Assembly: GCF_011745625.1 (NCBI RefSeq)
Contig: NW_027191501.1
Coordinates: forward strand, 62,001-110,769
DNA: 48,769 nt
Reading direction: 5' to 3'
Origin: Cladosporium halotolerans
Lineage: Eukaryota
Shown one piece after another: positions 20,814 to 29,507 of this stretch. The notes under the pieces were generated by a model. That model made no database searches. It was given only the letters and a program-made list of their open reading frames with translations, and had not been told where the DNA came from. The stretch's first letter is position 1; each line of letters starts with the position of its first letter. Both the position numbers and the translations under genes were made by a program.

Positions 20814-23500
20814 CGCAGCGTCAACCAGGCGCTGGGTTCGTTTCCTACGCGAGGGAGGAAGCGAAGATGGACGGCGGCGCGGCGGCGGTGCAGAGGGCGG
20901 CGAGGGCAGCGACGAGGGCAGCAGGCAAAAACGCGTGCTGCAGGCGGCGGCGGCAGGGCCGGGTGATCTTCGCTCGAGCGAAGGGTGCGAGAGCCGCGGC
21001 CAAGAAATTTCAGAAAATCGTTGGGCGAGCTGTGCAAAGTTCGCGGGCTGCGTCACCGGGCGGAAGACGGCCGAGAGGCGGCGGGCGCGCGGCAGCGGCT
21101 GCTGCGAATTTTCTGCGCGGCGGGCGATGACAGCACGGCGGCGCGCAGAGAGGCGGCGCTGGTGGTGCAGCAGTACGCAGCAGGCGGCGGCGGTGCTGGT
21201 GCTCTGCCCTGCTGCGCGCGGCGGCGGTGGTGGGCGGCGGCGGGCCCACGCCTGAGGCTCGGAGGCTGAAGGCTCGCAGGCTCGCCGGGGCGTGTGGACC
21301 TGGCGGCGGGCGCGCGGGAGCGGTGGAGCAGACAGCAGCAGGTGCCGGGTGGTGGTGGCGACGACGAGGCGCGCAAGGCTGAGCCTGCGGCGGGCTGCGA
21401 GCGTGTGTGCGCGCGTGGGCGGCCGCGCTGAGGCAGGCGAGGCGATCTGGCTGGATATGCGGGCCCTTCGCCAATCTCACGGGGGCGGGTTGTGGGACTG
21501 TGGCCGTGGGGAGTGAGAGGATGGAGAAAAGGTGGCACTGTGGGAGAGAGCAAAGACAGAGGCAGGCGGACGGCCGGGAGGCTCGCGCACAACACGCCGC
21601 TGGGGCCAGAGGTCAGCGTAGGCGTAAGCGTTGAGCCTGCGAGCAGTTTTCGCCCTGCCCTAGCATCCCATCCTAGCAGCTCGCGATCGCGCTCTGCGGC
21701 CTCTGCGGCCTCTGTTCGCCCACGTCGGCGCCAGACACCGCGAGCGCGCCGTCCGTCGCGCGCCCTACGTCACCCTGCCGCGCCCACGTCTGCGAGCCGC
21801 GAACAACGCTGGCCCGGACAGCGTGGCGTGGTAGTATCGCCTCGTCATGACTCGCCGCCGCTAACCTTCTCGCCGCCCATGCACGCGAACAGCGCAGCGC
21901 GTAGCAGGGTGGGCAGCCCACGCCGGCGCCGACCCTGGCTCCGGGCGCCGGCGGCAACGACGCGAGCGGCAGGTATTGCGCTATCAGGGCGTTGGCGCTG
22001 TCTGCAACTCATCCACGCCGTCTTCCTGTTGCGCCAGCACCGACACCTCCGTCCTGCCTCCTCAGCCAGTGAGACGTGGATCTGTAGGCACGGCACAGTC
22101 CGCCTGCGTGCAGCTCGCTGTGCGCCCTCTCACGCCTCTCACGCCTCCCTCCAGCAAGCTTTCGCTCTGGAGGCCTGGCGCTCTTCGGAGCTGCACCCGC
22201 GGCCAGCGCGCTCGCCCAGCCATTCCCTGCCGTCGAGCCGGAGCGGCGCTGTTGAGGTAAAGCACGATATCCATCATAACCCTGGCGCCCTCTGATACAG
22301 TAATGCGGGCGTGCGCGGTACCGCACTCGGGCCTCTTTGATCCTGCGCTGCTCGCTTCGGCACATGGAGTCGGTGGTTGGAATCGGCGGCGAGGGCGAGT
22401 GCTATCGGCGCGCCGTCTTTCAACGTCGCGCGTCGTCGTGCAAGTGGCCGGGTACCAGAAGATCCCTGTTCCGTGCGATGATGCACACAAGGTACCTGGC
22501 GGCACAACCCGCCGTTGCAGACGCATCTGCTGCATCGTGCCCTCGCTAGAATTGCCCTGTCGTCGTTCTTGACGTTGCGCCCGTCGGTGGAGACCTCCAA
22601 TCAGCGGGTAGAGGCGCTGGCCGGGCCTCTCGTCTCGTGTCAAGCCCACATTATTACTGAAATCCTACGACTCGCGTAGAACTTGTTCGGTCGTGCTGTC
22701 ACGGCCATCCTTTGAGATGCGCGACTATCGTCTACAGATTTGTCCCTGAGCGGCTCACATAGTGCTTCGACCAAACGAAGGCACCAAATGGAAACGCTCT
22801 TGTGACCTCCGTGCGAAGTCAATGCACTCATCGGCCCAAGCGCCTAAATCCAAAGAGCCTCTTTGCCGCAGTTGCCGGCCTTTGTCTCAGCCGCCTGCGT
22901 ATTCCTCTACGAGAGAGCACAGCGCGCCGGAGTTCTGCCGAACACACCGGCTCCGGTGTCGCCCGGTTCTGTTGTGGCCGACGGTGACGACAACAACAGT
23001 CGCGTCAAGAAGCGCGTAGACGACTGACGTCTGTTAGGGCAACTGGAAGCACCGGCCGGGGCCGAATCGCGCAGTGAATCGCGCAGTTGTGAGCGAATTC
23101 GTCCTGTCGCTTGTCTTGTCGCTTGCGCACGGCCCTGGGTGAGTCCTACGCGGCGTGTGACGACTCGCGGGCAGACAGCGACGCTGCGACCCCTTGCTGA
23201 TGCATGGTCACAACCGTCTAAGCGTACAGTAGATGCGCATGGAAGCTACATACGCCGCAGCGGCTATAGCGAGCGTCGCAAGCAATATTCGCAATTTCGC
23301 GGTAATAACGGATCTTCAAGGGAACATGCCACGCCGTCCCCCACGCTCGCACGCTCTCTCTGTGAGCCTTCTCGCAGTTCAGCGGCATCGATGGGAATCC
23401 GTTACTACTCGTTATTTCAAAGATGCATGATCGAAACAGCAATCTACATAATCCCGTCGCCGGCTCCGGTTCTAGACCACAATCATCACGATCGATCGAT

Positions 23501-24100
23501 CTAATGCTTCTCTTCCCACGTCGACTTCCTCTCATTTCCATCCTCACCCGTCTGGCTCGCCTGCATACTCACGGACAATTCAGGCTTGCGCGCAATCGTC
23601 TGCAAGACGACACAGTACCTCTCCGTCAACTTCCCCAGCTTTTCCACCTTCTCGCTCGGCACCTCTGCGCCGTCTTCGAGCTTCAAGTCAAACGACAGCC
23701 GGATACCCGTGAAGCCCACGGGCGCGCTCTTGTCCACTCCCATCGTGCCCTTGAAGTCCAGATCCCCCTCCGCTCTAACCGTGCCACTCTCAATCGGAAT
23801 CGCCATTGCCGTAGCGACCGCTTTCAACGTGACTCCCGCGCAGGCCACGAGCGCTTCCAGCAGCATATCTCCGCTGCACAGCTCGCCTGAGATGTCCGGG
23901 TCATCGCCGCCGGCTTTGGGGTGTAGACCGGCGATCTTTTGCTTTGCTTCTTGCACTTGTCGGCCGGTGTCGAGCTTGCAGGTTATGCTGCTGGAGTCGA
24001 GCGTGCCGGTCGACTTGAGCGTGACGATGGCGGAGCTCGGGTCGGAGGCGTAGGAGGCTTTGAGAGGCGCTTGCTTTTCGCGGAGGGTTGGGGCGGCCAT
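23501..24100 (-). CDS. OsmC/Ohr-family protein (intronless)
   Basis: LREKQAPLKASY, AGLHPKAGG..ELCSGDMLLEALVACAGVTLKAVA, EGDLDFKGTMGV, LTERYCVVLQT; both OsmC-type Cys present. Confidence 0.9.
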   Translation of the reverse strand: MAAPTLREKQAPLKASYASDPSSAIVTLKSTGTLDSSSITCKLDTGRQVQEAKQKIAGLHPKAGGDDPDISGELCSGDMLLEALVACAGVTLKAVATAMAIPIESGTVRAEGDLDFKGTMGVDKSAPVGFTGIRLSFDLKLEDGAEVPSEKVEKLGKLTERYCVVLQTIARKPELSVSMQASQTGEDGNERKSTWEEKH

Positions 24101-24314
24101 TGTGAAAGGTGTAGTGTGCTTCTGTATGATTCCGAACGGCGACCTTTAGATTTCGTGTTGACGAATTTCTTTCCTGATCAGAGGGACTCAACCTGTACGT
24201 CTGCCTCACAATACTCTCAGTCGGAAGCAGCACGATTTTATCCTTCCCCATCTTATCCTTCCACCCGTTCCATGTCACATCGCTACGCCTGAGCTCTGGA
24301 CCTGTCAATTGTCA

Positions 24315-24700
24315 CCCCGCCATTACCCCGCCATCAATGCGTCCGCTGGCCCTTCCATGCAGACGACAACCGTTCGACGCATACCGCACACAAGGGAGTC
24401 ATCCGGGAAGTAGTAGCTAGCAAATGTTATTTCAAGAACACCAGAGGCTCATTACCCTCTAAATCGAAGTCCTGGACCGGTCGAGGCTCACGCACGCGAC
24501 AGCATCCAGTTAACGTTCCAGCCCAGTCGCTGCTCGGATTGCCCGATTAGGAGCAGCCGGTCGACCCACTTTACCGATCCCTCTCCCCTCAATCCTCTCG
24601 CAGAGCTCTCCTCCGACAGCACACAGAGGGCCCCGAGGCGCGTCTGCGAAACCCCGCAGCACGCGCATCACTGTTTGTAGTAGGCCGTCGACGGGCGGGG
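24315..24700. promoter_or_regulatory. Four GCGGGG (SYGGRG, CreA/Mig1-type) sites in the OsmC/DAK divergent promoter
   Basis: CCCCGC at 24315 and 24326 (direct repeat ACCCCGCCAT) and at 24652; GCGGGG at 24695. Confidence 0.45.
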
Positions 24701-24851
24701 AGAGAGAGCCAAGGTTGTTTCTAACGAACGAGGCATACCGAGTGCTTGCACACACACAAGGCCCAGAGCTTCAAGGCCCAGGTAAGTACCCTTTGATCTT
24801 TTCGCGAGACTCGTTTCCTTTCTGTCTACCAACTTCCTTTGCACAATCGCC

Positions 24852-26453
24852 ATGGCCGTCGTCGTCGAGCAAACAATTCCCTTCCCGCCGGAGGCTCTGG
24901 ACCTCCAGAACGCGCAGCGCTGGAACGACCTCTACCCTCTCATCCGGCCGTCGGTGAAGCAGGTCCAGACCGCCAAAGGCCAGCACATCCTCGTCGACGA
25001 GGCGCTCGTCAAGAGCAAATACGTCAACATTGCCGCGATCGGCAATCTGAGCAACTTTTCCAGCAAACTGCTAGACGACAAGAGCGTGACGGCCATCGTG
25101 ACCGAAAAGGCCGGCGCCGGCGTGTTCACGACCCAAGACATCACGCACGCGCTCGCGAGCGTCGGCGCGCTCGAGAAGCAGGGCCTCGTTGTCGTCCGTT
25201 CCGGCAAGAATCGCAATGTGCAGGTCCACGGCTCCGATGTGATTGAGGTTGAGGCTGCGGGCGAGCTCGAATCCGACCACCTCATACACTTGCTCGGCCA
25301 CGCCACGGAGTCTTGCAGGAGCTCGCTGCACCAGACTACGGATCTGGTGAATGCTTTTGTCAAGAGCGCCAGCACTGCATTCGTGACTTTTCAGACTGAG
25401 AAGGCGGGTGGCAAGCCGGCGATTTCGGGCTCGGATGGCGTCGCGAGCGGGTACGACGATGTTAAGTCGGCGATTGAGAAAGAGCTGGGGAAGATGTTGA
25501 AGGGTCAGACTGTTCAGGGCGGGCAGGTCACATATTCTATCCACTACTCGGATATCAATGGCTTGAGTCGGCTCGAGAACTACATCCTGGCGAAAGAGAT
25601 CGCAGACCTGTGCCGTAAGTCCCCAACTACTCAACTCACAAAAGCCAACTCACTAACACCCCTCCCAGACTCCCAAAACATCCCCTTCCGACTCTCCCAC
25701 TCCACAATCCTCAACCACCGCGAAGCAGCCCGCGGCTTCGCCCTCTCCATCTGCCCCATCCCCACGCACAACCTCTCCCCCCAACCCAAACCCCAACCCG
25801 ACACCACCTCCACCACCTCCAACGGAACCCCCCTCTCCAAAACCCTCTCCCCCTCCACCGCCCAAATGGCCTTCGACGACGCCCAAGTCCGCGCGCGCAT
25901 CCACGCCGGCTGCGCCGCCGTCATCAAAGAAGAGCCCACGATCACAGAGTACGACACGATCGTCGGCGACGGCGACTGCGGGTACACGCTGCGCGACGGC
26001 GCGAAGCAGGTGCTCTCCTTCATCGAGGGCAAGGACCTGGCGCGGCTGCCGGAGACGGTGGCGGCGCTCGTGCACGACCTCGAGGTCAACATGGGCGGCA
26101 CGTCGGGCGCGCTGTACTGCATTTTCCTGACGGCGCTGGCGGCGTCGCTGGCGAGCGAGCCGTCGGTGCCGAAAGCGCTAAAGGGCGCGCTGGAGCAGCT
26201 GCTGAAGTACACGCGGGCTAGGCTGGGGGATCGCACGATGATGGATGCGCTGATTCCGTTTGTGGAGACGTTGGAGGCGACGGGGGATGTGGATTTGGCG
26301 GTTAGGAAGGCGAGCGAGGGCGTGGATGGGACGAAGAAGATGGAGGCGAAGTTGGGTAGGAGCACGTATCTTGACGAGAGCGCGACGCAGGGCGTGCCGG
26401 ATCCGGGCGCCTATGGGTTGTTGGTGCTGTTGCAGGGGATGGCGAAGGCTTGA
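24852..26453 (+). CDS. Dihydroxyacetone-kinase-like protein: degenerate DhaK-like N-domain + intact DhaL (DAK2) domain; intron 25615-25668
   Basis: DhaL motifs EPTITEYDTIVGDGDCG, MGGTSGALY, ARLGDRTMMDALIPF, MEAKLGRSTY, PDPGAYG. The 54-nt intron reads GTAAGT..ACTAAC..CAG. Confidence 0.88.
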   Translation: MAVVVEQTIPFPPEALDLQNAQRWNDLYPLIRPSVKQVQTAKGQHILVDEALVKSKYVNIAAIGNLSNFSSKLLDDKSVTAIVTEKAGAGVFTTQDITHALASVGALEKQGLVVVRSGKNRNVQVHGSDVIEVEAAGELESDHLIHLLGHATESCRSSLHQTTDLVNAFVKSASTAFVTFQTEKAGGKPAISGSDGVASGYDDVKSAIEKELGKMLKGQTVQGGQVTYSIHYSDINGLSRLENYILAKEIADLCRKSPTTQLTKANSLTPLPDSQNIPFRLSHSTILNHREAARGFALSICPIPTHNLSPQPKPQPDTTSTTSNGTPLSKTLSPSTAQMAFDDAQVRARIHAGCAAVIKEEPTITEYDTIVGDGDCGYTLRDGAKQVLSFIEGKDLARLPETVAALVHDLEVNMGGTSGALYCIFLTALAASLASEPSVPKALKGALEQLLKYTRARLGDRTMMDALIPFVETLEATGDVDLAVRKASEGVDGTKKMEAKLGRSTYLDESATQGVPDPGAYGLLVLLQGMAKA

Positions 26454-26578
26454 GTAGTAGCGTGTGAGCTTCATCTTGCCTCGTGTGGAGAGTCGGCATA
26501 TAGCTAGCGTTCGTTGATGGTAGCATTTAATGATTTCTTTTCGGTCGTTAAGTCGTCATCCAGCCCGTCCCAAACAGC

Positions 26579-27604
26579 CTACAGATCCAGCAGACCACCC
26601 ACCTCCCTAATCCCACTCGGCTCCCCCTTCGCCCTCATAAGCTCCCTCCTCAACACCGCCGCATCAGGCTTCTCCTCACTCAAATCCATCCTGGCCGCCT
26701 TACTACACTCCGCAAACCTCACCTCCTCCAACCCCCTCAGCGCCAGCAGACACGCCACGCCATCCACAATCCACAACGGCGGATTCGGCAACAACAGCTT
26801 CGGCCTCCCCAACCTCACCGTCAAACTCCCCAACTCCCCACACGCTCCCAGCAGCGCAAACGCCACCGCATCCTCCCTCTGCCCGCACACCACATCAACC
26901 GCCCGCACCATCCGCCTCCCCGCGCGCCCCACGTGCCGCAGGAACAGGTACAGCGTGCGCGTCGCGTCGAACCGGAACGTCGTGTTGGCGTACAGCAAGT
27001 CCAGCGCCTCGAGGTACACGCTCCTGCAGGCCAGGAGCAGGTTCGCTTTCGTCTTGTCCCTGCGCGCGGGGCGCTCGAGGCCCGCCTTCGTGATGATGCG
27101 CGGCGAGTCGCGGTGCAGGGGCACGATCTCCGTGACGGCGTCGAGGCTGGGCAGGATGTAGGCGTAGATCTGCAGGCGGAGCTCGGTGGGGAGGGAGAAG
27201 AGGCCGCTGGTTTGGGGGAGCGCCGCTCTGGGTTCGCGGGCTGATTGTGGTCCATGGCTCCGCCGTTCCCAGCGTTCGACGAGGGAGGAGTAATTGAGGG
27301 TGTAGCGCTGGGTGAGGGGGCTTTCGAGCGGGATGCGGAGCTGCAGGCGCGGGCATCTGGGATTGTGGAAGGGGGTGGAAGCGATGAGGGTGAGGGAGCC
27401 TTCGAGGGCTTGGACGCTGGTTTGCTTCGGGATGAAAAGGCCGCAGTCGATGCAGCGGGAGCCTTCCTCGAGAGATTCGAGCGGCGGGCGGTCGCAGACG
27501 TGGCCGAGGGCTGCTAGTTGGCGAGCGGCGGTTTGGTTCTCGGGCCACTGGTCTTCGAAGCTCTGGAGGCGGGATGCGAACGATAGAGTAGATGTCGACT
27601 GCAT
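26579..27604 (-). CDS. Protein with N-terminal BIR-like zinc domain and F-box-like C-terminal region
   Basis: RLQSF..WP...LAALG...CIDC...HNPRCP (BIR-like) followed by LFSLPTELRLQIYAYIL...LLLACRSVYLEALDLLYANTTFRF (fungal F-box-like). Confidence 0.8.
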   Translation of the reverse strand: MQSTSTLSFASRLQSFEDQWPENQTAARQLAALGHVCDRPPLESLEEGSRCIDCGLFIPKQTSVQALEGSLTLIASTPFHNPRCPRLQLRIPLESPLTQRYTLNYSSLVERWERRSHGPQSAREPRAALPQTSGLFSLPTELRLQIYAYILPSLDAVTEIVPLHRDSPRIITKAGLERPARRDKTKANLLLACRSVYLEALDLLYANTTFRFDATRTLYLFLRHVGRAGRRMVRAVDVVCGQREDAVAFALLGACGELGSLTVRLGRPKLLLPNPPLWIVDGVACLLALRGLEEVRFAECSKAARMDLSEEKPDAAVLRRELMRAKGEPSGIREVGGLLDL

Positions 27605-28045
27605 TCTGCTGGTCAATTCGAGAACATTCCCGGACTAGATTCACATCTAAGGCAAGTGGAAGGCAGTGATCGTGAAGTCGTTCACGATGTCCCCATCTTA
27701 GGTCTCCAACATCAGGAGTTTGCCCAGCTCAAAGGCGTATGTATTGAACAGCTTGCTGGGGACAAAGTATGTCTCCTACCGCCAGTGCTGTTTGTTATGA
27801 AGGTTCATTTCATTGGCGCGAGGATATTGATGATTCAGACGTGGTGGTTGCCTTGTCGGTGGCGATGTATCCCCGCAGATGGCTTCGCAGTGAGTAGCAC
27901 AAGCTCCACTTCACTTCCCCCTTGCTTGCAAATCAGGCGCCAGCATGCTCGCATACATAGCAAAATGACTGGAACTGAGCAGAGAATGGGGAATTGTACA
28001 TCGGATGATGGTCTAAGTATATACCAAAAAAAGCAAAAGAAACAG

Positions 28046-28149
28046 GGGCCTAACCGCGAATCGAACGCGGGACCTCGCCCAATCTCATGGAGATGTCTCC
28101 AAGGGTGATGAAACCCGAAGGGCGAATTATACCACTAAACCATCAGGCC
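28046..28149 (-). tRNA. tRNA-Pro (CGG) with 32-nt intron (28082-28113)
   Basis: GGCCTGA/TTAGGCC acceptor stem, D-arm GTTTAGTGGTATAAT, CGCCC-TT-CGG-G[intron]T-GGGCG, T-arm CCGCG-TTCGATT-CGCGG, downstream T-runs. Confidence 0.95.
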
Positions 28150-29507
28150 TGCATTGGCGGAAATCCGCTCTTACAAAATATATACCTTGAGTTAACCATA
28201 TCACAATCAACAACATCGGAACTGCCATACCTTAGGGATGGTGTTCCTTTTGCCGCAGTTTTTGGGGTTAGGTTTACATGAGGGTTATTCAATAGAATCT
28301 GAGGGTCTGAATCAAGACCGCCGATTAGTTCGGCACAAACGGAGGCTAGCGGTTGTCGCCTCCCATCCCTCCCATCCCGCGCCCCGGCAATGTTAGGGTT
28401 GGGGTTAATTGGGGTTATGAGTGTTATGAGTTTCGTCGACATGACATGTTCTGCTTGTGTACGGACACAAGGCAGAGAGATGAAAGTACTACCCTCGCAC
28501 GGCTGACGAGCGCCAATCTTACCAGTGCTGCTAGCAATTAATCCTGAGTACTGTGACTGCTCTCCTTCTCTGACGCGATAACACATTGAAAAGTACCGAC
28601 AACTCCCCTAAAACTCTGCCTTGGAGAGAAGTCATCCCAACAATTCTGGTCACCACAGATTATGAAGGCACCGGCTCGTCTGATATGAGGGGGAAGTAGC
28701 AGCTGCTCGAAGTGGAGTTACAGAGCAGTCGATGCAATCGCTTCAATCCGTGGAGTTGTTCGTTCATGGCTAAGGGCTATATTGAGCCATGTTTTCGGAG
28801 TCGGGAAATGTTACGCTACAAGAGACATTCAACGTTTCTCTAAGTTAGCGGGCGAGTGATGGCATCAAATGTCCGTTAACCACGGTACGACAGTTCATCG
28901 CCACAGGATATTACGTGACATCCTTGGAAGTTGATGATTCTGGTAAGAGCGCGTATATTCAGAGAAGATACAGTATTTTGACCGTCAGATTCTTGCAAAT
29001 CGCAGCACAGTATCGAGAGTTCCCAGTAACCATGAGCTTTTCTCAAATCGCGCATGACACCCCTTCGGCTACCTTCCCTCTCGTCTTTCGACTCGTGCCG
29101 AGCGTCCATCTCGAGTACCACGGCCAAATTAGTCGAACTAGCAATACCTCCTCAACATACTATTCTCGTTCCAATCAACGATCAACGCAATACTAGCACA
29201 AGGGCAAGAGACCCGCTCGCAGTCCGATTGAAAAGACTGTCTGTTCAGTCGCCCGCGAACATTGGAAAGAAGGGACGAAGTCAACGTCGCCAAGCCCCAC
29301 CTGCTCTCGGACTCACTCAGCCGCCCGCCGACTCGCGCGTCACCTGAGGGGCAACTTTTTGATTGTTTGCGACAACCGTTATACCAAACACCAACCCCGT
29401 CACTTCTACATTCTTTGCTACGTACATCCAGCCGCTGACGCAGGGCGCCCAATTCACATGAACCCTTGACCGGCCTCACTCCGACTGCGCAGACTCTCAC
29501 TTTCAGC

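Noticed and set aside
20518..22649. Many 100-270 aa R/A/P-rich ORFs
   Set aside because: Expected by chance at very high GC; mostly non-ATG starts and no domains.
24782..24870. GTAAGT donor upstream of the DAK-like ATG
   Set aside because: No suitably spaced branch point and AG acceptor before the ATG, so an intron cannot be supported.
28959..28975. CAGAGAAGAT resembling the U6 ACAGAGA box
   Set aside because: The following U6 sequence (TAGCATGGCCCCTG) is absent.
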